Below are positions 1 to 9,628 of a DNA stretch of 64,000 nt, piece by piece. Origin of the DNA: Candidatus Latescibacterota bacterium (lineage in GTDB: Bacteria > Latescibacterota > UBA2968 > UBA8231); assembly GCA_965221775.1 (NCBI GenBank), contig CBDCSU010000006.1:1728001-1792000 (forward strand), in the 5' to 3' direction. The number at the start of each line of letters is the position of its first letter. Positions within the stretch are counted from its first letter, which is position 1. The notes below the pieces were generated by a model. The model saw only the letters and a list, made by a program, of their open reading frames with translations, was not told the DNA's origin and did no database searches. The translations under genes were made by a program, and so were the position numbers.

Positions 1-114
1 GAGGCGGACGAACCCGCAACCGTCCGGCCCATTCCTTCCCGGGGAGGTGGCCGGTCCCGGGTGAAGACCTTACCGTAGCAGCCGCCACCCGCCACCTGCA
101 ACGAACCGGGACCG

Positions 115-936
115 ATGATCAAGCTGGGCGTCAACACCGTTCTCTTCGCCGGATACGACCTCGAGACCGCCCTGCGGCACATCGCCCTGGCCGGGTACGA
201 ATCCGCCGAGTTGTCCGCCATTCGGGGGATGTGCGAGCACCTCGTCCTCGACGACTGGCGGTCCCAAGCCGACAGCATCCGCCAGCTCGCCGAGGACCAC
301 GGCCTCGAGCTGACGGCCATGGAGGTGGCGAGCCTCGACGAGGCCAGGCTGCTGAAGGCCTTTGAAGCGGCGGCCCAACTCGAGATCGGAGTGGTCAACG
401 TCGGCCCCGGCGGACGGGCCGGCAGCGACGAGGACCTGGCTCGGCAGATCGACCTGCTCGCCGGCCTGGCGGCCAAGGCCCACGACCACGGCGTGGTGCT
501 GTGCGTGAAGGCCCACGTGGGCCAGTCGATCCACGACACGCCGACCACTCTGAAGGCCATGGCCGCCATCGACTCCCCCGGCTTCGGGATCGACGTCGAC
601 CCCAGCCACATCTTTCGCGCCGGCGGCGGCGAGGACGTGGTCGAGGCCCTGGAGGCGGTGATCTCCCGGGTGCGCCACGTCCACATCCGCGACTGCCCCG
701 CCGCCGCCAGGGCCACCGAAGGACCGCCCGGCCCCCCGGAGGAGCAGGCCTGCGGCCGCGGCGCCATCGACCTGGCGGGTCTCCTGCGTGTCCTGCACCA
801 GGCCGGATTGGACGCCGCCGTCAACCTGGAGGTCATCGGCGCAAAGGAGTACGAGCTCTCCCGGGTGGTCACCATCGCCGCCGAGAGCCGCGGCTACCTC
901 AACGCCTGCAGGCGGGCTGCCGAAGGCGGGTCCTGA
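115..936 (+). CDS. Sugar phosphate isomerase/epimerase (AP endonuclease 2 TIM barrel)
   Basis: KAH, DVDPSH, HVHIRD, CGRGAID and NLEV metal-site pattern. Confidence 0.8.
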   Translation: MIKLGVNTVLFAGYDLETALRHIALAGYESAELSAIRGMCEHLVLDDWRSQADSIRQLAEDHGLELTAMEVASLDEARLLKAFEAAAQLEIGVVNVGPGGRAGSDEDLARQIDLLAGLAAKAHDHGVVLCVKAHVGQSIHDTPTTLKAMAAIDSPGFGIDVDPSHIFRAGGGEDVVEALEAVISRVRHVHIRDCPAAARATEGPPGPPEEQACGRGAIDLAGLLRVLHQAGLDAAVNLEVIGAKEYELSRVVTIAAESRGYLNACRRAAEGGS

Positions 937-953
937 CCGGCCCGGGGACCGGC

Positions 954-1595
954 GTGATCCGCACCTTCATCGCCGTCGAGACATCCCCGGAGGTCCGTGC
1001 CGCCGCCGCAGGGCTGACGGACCGCCTCCGGCGGGGCTGGCGCGCCTCGGAGGTGCGCTGGGTACCGCCGGAGAATCTGCATCTCACCCTCCGCTTTCTC
1101 GGGGAGACCGAGGAGAGTGGGGTGGCGCCACTGACCGCGGCCCTGGACGGTGTGACCGCCGGCACGCCGCCCTGCCAGCTCACCCTGGGCCCCCTCGGCG
1201 CCTTCCCGGACGTCCGGCGCCCGCGCGTGCTCTGGCTCGGCCTGAAGGGGACGGGGACGGCTGCCCTGCGCTCTCTGCAGAGGCGGATCGAGGAGCGCGT
1301 GACCGGGCTCGGCTGGGCGCGCGAGGGCCGGCCCTTCAGCCCCCACCTCACCCTCGGCCGGGTGCGCCCCGGAAGGGCGGCCGATCCGGGCGAGGGCTGG
1401 ACCCGGGCCGCCGTACCGGAACTCGCCTTCCGGGTCGAGGAGGTGGTGCTCATGCGCAGCGACCTGCGGCCCGACGGGGCGCGCTACTCGGTGCTCCACC
1501 GGTCGCGGCTGAGAGGAGCTGGCGGGCGGGCGGAGGCTCACGACGACGCCGGGCCGGCGATCCCGCGGCGGAGCGCGGCCGGCGGTCCCGCCTAG
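954..1595 (+). CDS. thpR: RNA 2',3'-cyclic phosphodiesterase (2H family)
   Basis: RTFIAV N-terminus, two HxT motifs (NLHLTL, PHLTL); GTG start at 954 chosen within ORF 501..1595. Confidence 0.88.
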   Translation: MIRTFIAVETSPEVRAAAAGLTDRLRRGWRASEVRWVPPENLHLTLRFLGETEESGVAPLTAALDGVTAGTPPCQLTLGPLGAFPDVRRPRVLWLGLKGTGTAALRSLQRRIEERVTGLGWAREGRPFSPHLTLGRVRPGRAADPGEGWTRAAVPELAFRVEEVVLMRSDLRPDGARYSVLHRSRLRGAGGRAEAHDDAGPAIPRRSAAGGPA

Positions 1596-2770
1596 GACGG
1601 CGGCCGGAACAGGGCGAAGGAGCTGGTGTAACCGTGGAGGTAGGTCGTATCGCCGACCGGGCCGATCTCTCCGCCGCAGAAGAACCCGCCCAGGGGGATC
1701 TGTCCGAGGGACTCCTCGAGGCGGCCGCTGTCGTGGCCGGGCCGCCCGAAGAAGCGGTGGCCGCGGCCCGTGCAGGTGAACAGCAGCCCGCCGGCGGGGG
1801 CGGCCTCCGGCTGCCGGCGGCGGTAGCGCGCCAGGAGCTGGTCCAGGTCTTGGGTGGCCGCTGCCGCGTCGCGCACGTGGAACTGCACCGTCTGCCCACT
1901 GCTGAGCCGGTCGCCGACGGCGATCACGCCCTTCTCGTGGTCGAGCTGGAGGACGTTGCGGATCAGGAAGTCACCGGCCCCCAGCTCCTGCTTCAGGCCG
2001 GTGGAGGCCACGCCGATGTGCAGGGAGGTCTGCATCCGCTCCTGGTCCTCGGCGCCGGCCTCGTGGTAGATCTCGACGAGGCGCTCCACCGCGGGCCGGC
2101 CGTCGAGGGCTTCCAGGAAGTAGCCGCTGCAGCCGGTCACCGTCATCGGCGGACCGATGGCGCGGCACCCCTGGGCGACGATGGTGTCCACCTCGACCCC
2201 GCCCTGGAGAGCGACGCCGACACAGCCCCCGGTGACGATGCGGCCGTCGAGGATCAACCGGTTCTCCTGAAGGACGGAGGCGAGCCCGCCGATCTTCGCC
2301 GACCCCGGATAGGCGAAGTCGAGGCCCATGAGCAGCGGTCTCGGGTCGAGAGGAGAGGGGCCGGTGGGATCGGCGAGCAGCAGGAACTGGGGCGGCGGCT
2401 CCGGGGCGACACCGAGGGCCTCGTGCCAGCGGTCCGGCCCGGCGTCCGGGTCCGGGAGATCACCGGCCTCCAGGTGGAAGGGGGTCATCGCGGTGCCGGG
2501 CAGGACGGCGGCGGTGGCCGCCAGACAGGCTCGGTCCTCGACCTCACGGCCGCCACCGATCACCCCCGTGGCCGTGCAGCCGAGCATCCTCGCCGGCCCC
2601 GGGTCCTCCACCAGGCCCGGGAGATCCTCGATCTGGTCCTGGTAGTGGGGGGTGAGGAACAGCAGCAGCAGGTCGGGAGGCCATCCGAGGCCGGAGGCGA
2701 GGTCGCCCCGGACCTGGGCGAAGGCCTCGGCCAGGTCCGCCTCGAAGGAGGCGCTCGTTGCCCACTTCAT
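1592..2770 (-). CDS. FIST N/C domain signal-transduction protein
   Basis: GCTATGVIG, VAQGCRAIG, FHVRD, FTCTGRG, GFFCGGEIGP, LHGYTS; start taken at MKWATS. Confidence 0.88.
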   Translation of the reverse strand: MKWATSASFEADLAEAFAQVRGDLASGLGWPPDLLLLFLTPHYQDQIEDLPGLVEDPGPARMLGCTATGVIGGGREVEDRACLAATAAVLPGTAMTPFHLEAGDLPDPDAGPDRWHEALGVAPEPPPQFLLLADPTGPSPLDPRPLLMGLDFAYPGSAKIGGLASVLQENRLILDGRIVTGGCVGVALQGGVEVDTIVAQGCRAIGPPMTVTGCSGYFLEALDGRPAVERLVEIYHEAGAEDQERMQTSLHIGVASTGLKQELGAGDFLIRNVLQLDHEKGVIAVGDRLSSGQTVQFHVRDAAAATQDLDQLLARYRRRQPEAAPAGGLLFTCTGRGHRFFGRPGHDSGRLEESLGQIPLGGFFCGGEIGPVGDTTYLHGYTSSFALFRPPS

Positions 2771-2820
2771 GAGCCACAAGCTCGACATCGCCCCGGCGGG
2801 GCACAAGAAAGGAGCTGACC

Positions 2821-3582
2821 ATGACCGGCCGACCGTACGTGCTGGCGGAGACGAACTGGAAGGAGGTGGAGACGACCGACTACGAGGTCGTCGTCCTGCC
2901 CTGGGGGGCCACCGAGGCCCACAACTACCACCTGCCCTACGCCACCGACGTGATCCAGTGCGACCACATCGCCGCCGAAGCGGCGAGGCTCGCCTGGGAG
3001 AGGGACGCCAAGGTCGTGGTGCTGCCCACGGTGCCCTTCGGGGTCAACACCGGACAGATCGACGTCAAGCTCGACATCAACATGAACCCCTCCACCCAGC
3101 TGGCGGTGCTGACCGACGTCTGCGACGTCCTCGAGCATCAGGGCATCCCCAAGCTGGTGATCCTCAACGGGCACGGGGCCAACGACTTCCGGCAGATGGT
3201 CCGGGAGCTGTGGCCGCGCTACGAGATGTTCCTGTGCACCCTCGACTGGTACCGCTGGATCGACGCCGACCTCTTCGAGGAGCCCGGGGACCACGCCGGC
3301 GAGATGGAGACGAGCCTGATCCAGCACCTGGCTCCCGACCTTATGCGGCCACTGTCCGAGGCCGGCGACGGCCACGAGCGGGTCTTCAGGGTCGAGGCCC
3401 TGCGCCGCGGCCTGGCCTGGACCCAGCGCGACTGGATCGAGGCCACCGCCGACACCGGGGTGGGGGATCCGGCTCCAGCGACGCCGGAGAAGGGGCGGCG
3501 CTGCTTCGAGCAGTTGACGGGCCGCATCGCCGACTTCCTCGTGGAGCTGGCCGCCGCGGACCCGGCCGACCTCTACGAGTAG
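2821..3582 (+). CDS. Creatininase family amidohydrolase
   Basis: GATEAHNYHLP..TD, NGHGAN, DHAGEMETS; SD AAGGAG upstream. Confidence 0.9.
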   Translation: MTGRPYVLAETNWKEVETTDYEVVVLPWGATEAHNYHLPYATDVIQCDHIAAEAARLAWERDAKVVVLPTVPFGVNTGQIDVKLDINMNPSTQLAVLTDVCDVLEHQGIPKLVILNGHGANDFRQMVRELWPRYEMFLCTLDWYRWIDADLFEEPGDHAGEMETSLIQHLAPDLMRPLSEAGDGHERVFRVEALRRGLAWTQRDWIEATADTGVGDPAPATPEKGRRCFEQLTGRIADFLVELAAADPADLYE

Positions 3583-3614
3583 ACGCCACCGGACCCTCAC
3601 AAGGAGAATCGAGC

Positions 3615-4400
3615 ATGCCTGCATTCGACGGCCGCAGCGTCATCGTCACGGGGGGAGCCAAGGGGATCGGCCGCGCCATCTGCGCCGCCTTTGCGCGCGA
3701 CGGGGCGCGGGTCCTGTGCGCCGACGTGGACGCCGACGCCGGGCAGGCGCTGGAGGCGGACCCGGCCGGCGCCGGGCGGATCCACTTTCGGGAAGCCGAC
3801 GTGGCCCTGGCTGATGCCTGTGAAGGCCTGGCCCGCTTCGCGGTGGAGGAGTGGGGGGGCATCGACGTGGTCTGCAACAACGTCGGCATCCAGCCCATCG
3901 CCAGCTACCGCCCCGCCCACGAGCTGAGCGAGGAGCAGTGGGACCGCATCCTCGACGTGAATCTCAAGTCCTGCTTCCTGATGACGCGGGTCTGCGTGCC
4001 GCCCATGATCGCCGCTGGCGGCGGCGTCATCATCAACACCGCCAGCGTCCAGGGGCTGCAGTCGGCCAGGGGGGTCTCCGCCTACGCCGCCAGCAAGGGC
4101 GGCATCCTCTCCCTCACGCGGCAGCTGGCGCTGGACTACGCCGAGCACGGGATCCGCGTCCTCGCCGTCAACCCGGGCACCATCGACACGCCCCTCGTGG
4201 ACGAGGCCGTGGCCGCGGCCGGCGGCGACGAGGCGGAGATGCGGGCCTCCATGGCCGCCGCCCACCCCCTGGGCCGCACCGGCCGCCCGGAGGAGATCGC
4301 CGAGGCGGTCCTCTTCCTGGCCAGCGACCGGGCCTCCTTCATGACCGGCGAGAGCGTCTGCGTCGACGGCGGCCTGATGGCGTTGGGCGCCTGGGCCTGA
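3615..4400 (+). CDS. SDR family oxidoreductase
   Basis: TGGAKGIG, NNVG, YAASK; SD AAGGAG at 3601. Confidence 0.92.
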   Translation: MPAFDGRSVIVTGGAKGIGRAICAAFARDGARVLCADVDADAGQALEADPAGAGRIHFREADVALADACEGLARFAVEEWGGIDVVCNNVGIQPIASYRPAHELSEEQWDRILDVNLKSCFLMTRVCVPPMIAAGGGVIINTASVQGLQSARGVSAYAASKGGILSLTRQLALDYAEHGIRVLAVNPGTIDTPLVDEAVAAAGGDEAEMRASMAAAHPLGRTGRPEEIAEAVLFLASDRASFMTGESVCVDGGLMALGAWA

Positions 4401-4404
4401 AGCT

Positions 4405-5016
4405 TCAGGACGAGGACGCGCCCAGGATCCTGGCGCGCAGCTCGTCGAGGGGGAAGGCGGGGCCGGGGTCGTCCTTGCGGTCCGGCGCGATCTCCTCGTG
4501 GCCGAGGATCCAGCGCAGGCCGTACTCGGCGACGAGCAGGGCGCTCAGGGCCTCCACCACCTCCAGTTGCTGGCGCGGATAGCGCAGCCACCAGGCCGGC
4601 TCCGACTCGTTGCGATGCACGGCGCGCACCGCCTCCTCGGGACTGAAGAGCCGGCCGAGGCGGCTGACCAGCACCCCCTCTCCGCGCTCTTCCAGCCGGC
4701 CGGAGTTGTCGATCTCGACACCGAGACTCATGCGGTTGAAGGCCTCGCGCCCTCCCCAGGCCGACCGGCCGGCGTGCCAGCCGATGGTGTCGAAGGGCAG
4801 CAGTTGCGTCACCTCGCCGTCGCGGCCCACCACCAGATGCGCGGAGACGCGGCGGCCGGCGGTGGGGTCGCTGAGCACGCGGACAGCGTGGTCGGCGTCG
4901 TCGCAGGCCGTGAAGTGGAGAATCAGGGTGTCGGGCGCGCCGGGTCCGAAGCGGCCCCCCTGGTTCGGGGACGGCACCTGACGGACGCCGGCGAGACGGT
5001 GGTTCTCGATTCGCAT
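4405..5016 (-). CDS. N-acetylmuramoyl-L-alanine amidase (Amidase_2, AmpD-like)
   Basis: LILHFTA, SAHLVV, WHAGRSAW, GVEIDN, GHEEIAPDRKDDPG; start uncertain (5016-5052). Confidence 0.88.
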   Translation of the reverse strand: MRIENHRLAGVRQVPSPNQGGRFGPGAPDTLILHFTACDDADHAVRVLSDPTAGRRVSAHLVVGRDGEVTQLLPFDTIGWHAGRSAWGGREAFNRMSLGVEIDNSGRLEERGEGVLVSRLGRLFSPEEAVRAVHRNESEPAWWLRYPRQQLEVVEALSALLVAEYGLRWILGHEEIAPDRKDDPGPAFPLDELRARILGASSS

Positions 5017-5041
5017 TCCACGGCTCATATTACGGAGCCCC

Positions 5042-5629
5042 ATGGCCGCCACAAGCCTCGCCCCTGAAGACCACGAGCTCCGCTTCGAGGCCGAACTGCG
5101 CGGTCACCGTCTCCGTTTCGTGACCACCTGGGGGCTCTTCCACCCTCGCGGCATCGACGCCGGCACCGCCCTGCTCATCGACCGGATCGAGGTGGCTGCC
5201 GACGCTGTATGCTTGGATCTCGGGTGCGGCTGGGGGCCCGTCGGCTGCGCTCTCTCGAAGCTGGCCCCCGAGGGCCGCGTCGACCTCGTGGACAAGGACT
5301 TCGTCGCCGTCGGCTATGCCGGCCGCAACGCCGCGGCCAACGGCTGCGGCAACGCCCGCGTCTATCTGTCCAACGGCTTTCACCACGTCGACGAAGACGC
5401 CCGCTTCGACCTGATCGCCTCCAACCTGCCGGCCAAGGCCGGCTCCGAGCTGCTCGACCACTGGATGGCCGAGGCCTGCCGCCGGCTGCGGCCGGGAGGG
5501 GCCCTGTGGGTGGTCACGGTGGCGGGGCTGAAGGCCTACGTGAAGCGCCTCTTCGGCGAGCGCTTCGGCAACTACCGAAAGGTCGCCCAGGGACGCTCGC
5601 ACGTGGTCGCCGCGGCGGTGCGGGAGTAG
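5042..5629 (+). CDS. Class I SAM-dependent methyltransferase (MTS/RsmC-like)
   Basis: GLFHPRGIDAGT, LDLGCGWG, SNLP. Confidence 0.85.
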   Translation: MAATSLAPEDHELRFEAELRGHRLRFVTTWGLFHPRGIDAGTALLIDRIEVAADAVCLDLGCGWGPVGCALSKLAPEGRVDLVDKDFVAVGYAGRNAAANGCGNARVYLSNGFHHVDEDARFDLIASNLPAKAGSELLDHWMAEACRRLRPGGALWVVTVAGLKAYVKRLFGERFGNYRKVAQGRSHVVAAAVRE

Positions 5630-5636
5630 CGGTCCC

Positions 5637-7022
5637 TCAGAGCACCGTCTCGTCCGGGGGCAGGTAGTCGCTGCGCAGGGGGTCCCAGGGCTCTCCGCAG
5701 ATCTCGCTCATCACCCGCCACTCGCCCGAGGTCAGGGTCCCGTGGTGGTGGTAGAGGAAGCGCTCGAGCCCGGAGGCGCCCGCGGCCTCCAGCAGGCGCC
5801 GAAGATCGGCGGCCGACATGGGATCGCCGTCGTGGGGGGCGCGGCCGGAGTCCACCCACGGGCACAGCCGCTGAGCGTCTCCACCGAGAGCGGCCAGGGC
5901 CCGCTCCGTCTCCTGCGTGACCACGAGGTCGTAGAAGTCCGGCGTGAGGGCGCTCTCCATGTCCCCCAACCCCTCGACGCCGGGGAGCACGAGACCGAAG
6001 AGGGCCTCGACGACGGCCAGCCCGTCGCCCTCGCTCAGGCCCGGGTTCCACAGGCACAGGGTCTCCACCCAGCGCGCCACCGTGCCCACGAGCCCGTCGA
6101 AGCCGCGGTGCCAGAAGTAGTGCTTGGGCAGCAGCAGGTCGAGGATGCCGGCGAGGGCGGCGAAGTCGTAGCCGCACAGGGGCGCGAAGGCCGCCGAGCG
6201 CGGACCGACGCCGATCTTCACCGGGCGGGATGCCCCCTGGCGGACGCCGTCGGCGATGCGCCGGAAGTAGCGGGTGAGGGAGTCGCTGCGGAAGCTCATC
6301 CAGGCGGCCAGGTCGGGATCGGCGCCGAGCAGGTGGTAGCCCCCGAGGAACCCCCCCGGCCCGTGGAGGGCCACCTGGCGGGGGTCGAGGTTGTGCAGCC
6401 GCTCGTACAGCCGGTCCCGGGCGGCGCACAGGGCCCCGTAGTCGTAGCCCAGGTCCGTGCACATGGGCTCGGCGCCGGCGGCCAGATCGGTGAAGATCGA
6501 CGAGCGCCCGCCCATGTGGTGGGGGGCGATCTCGTAGCCCCACTCGGGGCCGTCCATGATGGCGCCGTCGGCCTCCGGATAGTGCTCCAGGGTGTCGACG
6601 ATGCGGGCGCTGATGGCGGCCGCGCCGGTCTCGTCGTGGAGGTGGTGCCCCCCGCCTCCGCCCCCGGCGCCGGTCTGGGCCTGGAAGATCCAGACCGAGA
6701 GGCCGCGCTCCTTGGCGGCGCGGAAGGTGTGGGCCAGGCGGGCGCGCGCCTCGGGCATGTCCTCGGGGGCGGCCGGCGCCGGCACGCCGAAGCGCGCGTA
6801 CACCGCCGGGTCGGGATCGTAGGTCAGAGTGGGGGGAGGAGTGCCCGGGGCCGGCTCGATCGAGCGGCCGCGGTCGTGGCCGATGGCCAGCTTGCCGGCG
6901 TGGAACACCAGGGGGCCGATGACGAGCCCTTCCACGCCCCCCGCCTTCCAGGCGTCGAGGATCGGCTCCGGAGCCTCGATCAGGTGCTCCAGGTCCCGCA
7001 TCACGTCCATCCAGATTCTCAT
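5637..7022 (-). CDS. Conserved hypothetical protein, probable TIM-barrel/glycoside-hydrolase-like fold
   Basis: Ordinary protein composition from MRIWMD; IMDGPEWGYE, LLPKHYFWHRG; start overlaps the upstream stop (ATGA). Confidence 0.65.
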   Translation of the reverse strand: MRIWMDVMRDLEHLIEAPEPILDAWKAGGVEGLVIGPLVFHAGKLAIGHDRGRSIEPAPGTPPPTLTYDPDPAVYARFGVPAPAAPEDMPEARARLAHTFRAAKERGLSVWIFQAQTGAGGGGGGHHLHDETGAAAISARIVDTLEHYPEADGAIMDGPEWGYEIAPHHMGGRSSIFTDLAAGAEPMCTDLGYDYGALCAARDRLYERLHNLDPRQVALHGPGGFLGGYHLLGADPDLAAWMSFRSDSLTRYFRRIADGVRQGASRPVKIGVGPRSAAFAPLCGYDFAALAGILDLLLPKHYFWHRGFDGLVGTVARWVETLCLWNPGLSEGDGLAVVEALFGLVLPGVEGLGDMESALTPDFYDLVVTQETERALAALGGDAQRLCPWVDSGRAPHDGDPMSAADLRRLLEAAGASGLERFLYHHHGTLTSGEWRVMSEICGEPWDPLRSDYLPPDETVL

Positions 7023-7456
7023 TCCGGGTTCCTCTCTCCTTTGGCCAGCAGGTCGGCGATGGTGACTTCGTCCTTGAGGTCGATCGGCGGCCGGATGCCG
7101 GTGACCTGCTCGATGCGTTCGGCCCAGCTCTGCTCCAGGCGCTGCAGGTAGCGGCCGACGGCCGTCATCTCCTGCCCCTTCTGACTCACCAGGCGCTCGT
7201 AGAGCTGCTCGCCGATCAGCCCCTCGGCGCGGGCCTGCCGGAGCTTCTCCGCGTCCTGCTTCAACTCGTTCAGCCGCCGCACGAGATCCATGACCTCCTG
7301 CTCCAGCTTGTTCAGCATACCGTCGACGTGGATGCCGGCGGCCACGCTCCGGGCCTTCTCGAGGGGATACTCGTGCTCGAAGCGCAAGTGCCCGTTGAGG
7401 CCCCGCAGCGAGACCTGCTTGCCGCATTCCGGGCAGGTTACCTTGATCTCGGCCAT
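7019..7456 (-). CDS. Hypothetical protein with N-terminal C2H2 zinc finger and coiled coil
   Basis: CPECGKQVSLRGLNGHLRFEH = C-x2-C-x11-H-x4-H, followed by an E/K/L-rich heptad region. Confidence 0.72.
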   Translation of the reverse strand: MAEIKVTCPECGKQVSLRGLNGHLRFEHEYPLEKARSVAAGIHVDGMLNKLEQEVMDLVRRLNELKQDAEKLRQARAEGLIGEQLYERLVSQKGQEMTAVGRYLQRLEQSWAERIEQVTGIRPPIDLKDEVTIADLLAKGERNPE

Positions 7457-7533
7457 TGGAGGATCTCCCGATCGTTCAGGAATATAGATCGCCTTGACCG
7501 GCGGCGAGATCGCCGGTTAGGTTGCGCCCCGCC

Positions 7534-8559
7534 ATGCGGATCGAACCCCCCTATCTGCTCTTCCTCGGCGATGCCGCCGACCAGCTGGCCGCCAAGACCG
7601 CCGACGGCGTGGCGCGCTGGCGCCCGGACCTGTGCGTTGGCCAGTTGCGCCTGCCGGGGTGCAACGCCGACGTGGGCCAGCCCGACCTGACCCTCGAGCA
7701 GGGACGGCGCGCCGGCGCCCGCACCCTCATCGTGGGCGTGGCCAACCGGGGCGGCGAGATCTCCGACCAGTGGATGGAGACGCTGCTCGCCGCCCTCGAC
7801 CTCGGCTACGACATCGCCAGCGGCCTGCACGACCGGCTGCGCCGGATCCCCCGGCTGGCCGAACGGGCCGACGCCCTCGGGCGCAGCCTCTTCGACGTCC
7901 GCTATCCCGAGGTGGAACTGGAGGTCGGCCACGGGAAGCCGCGCAGCGGGCGCCGCCTGCTCACGGTGGGCACCGACTGCTCCTGCGGCAAGATGTTCAC
8001 GGCCCTGGCCATCGAGCGGGAGCTTTCGAAGCGGGGGCGCAAGGCGACCTTCCGGGCCACCGGGCAGACCGGGATCTTCATCGCCGGCGGCGGCATCGCC
8101 GTGGACGCCGTCATCTCCGACTTCATCGCCGGCGCCACCGAGTCCCTGACCCCGGCCAACGACGACGACCACTGGGACCTGGTGGAGGGCCAGGGGTCGC
8201 TCTTCCACCCTTCCTACGCCGGCGTCTCCCTCGGCCTGCTGCACGGCTCGATGGCGGACGCCCTCGTCCTCTGTCACGAGCCGACACGCCGGCACATGCG
8301 CGGCCTGCCCCACGCACCCCTGCCGACACTACGGGAGTGCATCGCCCTCAACGAGAGCTGCGGCCGCCTCACCAACCCCGCCTGCCGGGTCATCGGCCTG
8401 TCGCTGAACACCTCCTCCCTCGACGGTGCGGCCGCCGAGCGCGCCCTGCGCGCCGCCGAGGACGAGACCGGCCTGCCCGCCGCCGACTCCTGCCGCGGCG
8501 GCGGCGCCGAGAAGCTCGCCGACGCCGTGGATTCGGTGGAGCCCGCCCTTCCGCAATAG
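7534..8559 (+). CDS. dgcN: D-glutamate N-acetyltransferase (DUF1611)
   Basis: PYLLFLGD, VGTDCSCGKMFT, ATGQTGI, VEGQGSLFHP. Confidence 0.9.
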   Translation: MRIEPPYLLFLGDAADQLAAKTADGVARWRPDLCVGQLRLPGCNADVGQPDLTLEQGRRAGARTLIVGVANRGGEISDQWMETLLAALDLGYDIASGLHDRLRRIPRLAERADALGRSLFDVRYPEVELEVGHGKPRSGRRLLTVGTDCSCGKMFTALAIERELSKRGRKATFRATGQTGIFIAGGGIAVDAVISDFIAGATESLTPANDDDHWDLVEGQGSLFHPSYAGVSLGLLHGSMADALVLCHEPTRRHMRGLPHAPLPTLRECIALNESCGRLTNPACRVIGLSLNTSSLDGAAAERALRAAEDETGLPAADSCRGGGAEKLADAVDSVEPALPQ

Positions 8560-8568
8560 AGGCAGGCC

Positions 8569-9585
8569 GTGCCCGAGTTGACAGTTGTCTCCGAGACCTG
8601 GCCCATGGCCGGGACCTTCACCATCTCCCGCGGCTCGCGGACCCATGTCCAGGTCGTGCTCGTCGAGCTTCGGGACGGCCGCTCGGTGGGGCGCGCGGAG
8701 TGCGTGCCGTACCCCCGCTACGGGGAATCGGTCGATGGTGTGATGGAGCAGGTGCGAGCGGCCGCCGCCGGGATCGAGGGCGGCTGGACGCGCGCCGACC
8801 TGGCGCGGGAGATGCCGCCCGGGGCCGCGCGCAACGCCCTCGACTGCGCCCTGTGGGACCTGGAGGCGGGCCGGCAGGGGACGACCGTTCACGAGCTGGC
8901 CGGCCGCCCGGCACCGGGTCCCCTCACCACCGCCTACACCCTCAGCCTGGCGACGCCGGAGACGATGGGCGCCGCCGCCAGGGCGGAGTCCGGGCGGCCT
9001 CTGCTCAAGCTCAAGCTGGCCGGCGACGGGGGAGACGTGGAGCGGGTTCGGGCGGTCCGGGAGGGGGCGCCGGACTCCCGGCTGATCGTCGACGCCAACG
9101 AGGGATGCTCCGCCGATGGGCTGGCATCCCTGATGAGCGCCCTGGCCGAACTCGGCGTCGACCTGATCGAGCAGCCCCTTCCCGCGGGCGAGGACGCGGC
9201 CCTGGCCGACCTGGAGCACCCGGTGCCGCTGTGCGCCGACGAGTCCTGCCACACCGCCGACGACCTCGGCCGCCTGGCAGACCGCTACGAGGCGGTCAAC
9301 ATCAAGCTCGACAAGACCGGGGGACTGACGGCCGCCCTCGAGCTCGAGGACCGCGCCCGGGCCGAGGACCTGCGGGTCATGGTCGGCTGCATGGTGGGCA
9401 CCTCCCTGGCCATGGCGCCGGCGGTGCTCGCCGCCCAGGGCGCCGACTGGGTCGATCTCGACGGCCCGCTGCTGCTGGCGAGGGACCGCGAGCCGGGCCT
9501 GCGCTACGAGGGCAGCACCGTCGAGCCGGCCGGGCCGGAGCTGTGGGGGTCGGGAGGCCCGCCCATGAGGGGCCCGAGGCGGTGA
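8569..9585 (+). CDS. dgcA: N-acetyl-D-Glu racemase / dipeptide epimerase (enolase superfamily)
   Basis: FTISRG, KLKL, DANE, EQP, ADES, NIKLDKTGG, DLDGPLLL; adjacent to dgcN. Confidence 0.88.
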   Translation: MPELTVVSETWPMAGTFTISRGSRTHVQVVLVELRDGRSVGRAECVPYPRYGESVDGVMEQVRAAAAGIEGGWTRADLAREMPPGAARNALDCALWDLEAGRQGTTVHELAGRPAPGPLTTAYTLSLATPETMGAAARAESGRPLLKLKLAGDGGDVERVRAVREGAPDSRLIVDANEGCSADGLASLMSALAELGVDLIEQPLPAGEDAALADLEHPVPLCADESCHTADDLGRLADRYEAVNIKLDKTGGLTAALELEDRARAEDLRVMVGCMVGTSLAMAPAVLAAQGADWVDLDGPLLLARDREPGLRYEGSTVEPAGPELWGSGGPPMRGPRR

Positions 9586-9628
9586 TCCAGCCTCAGGGGC
9601 CAGCTGTCGGCCCCCGGGGACGCCGCCC

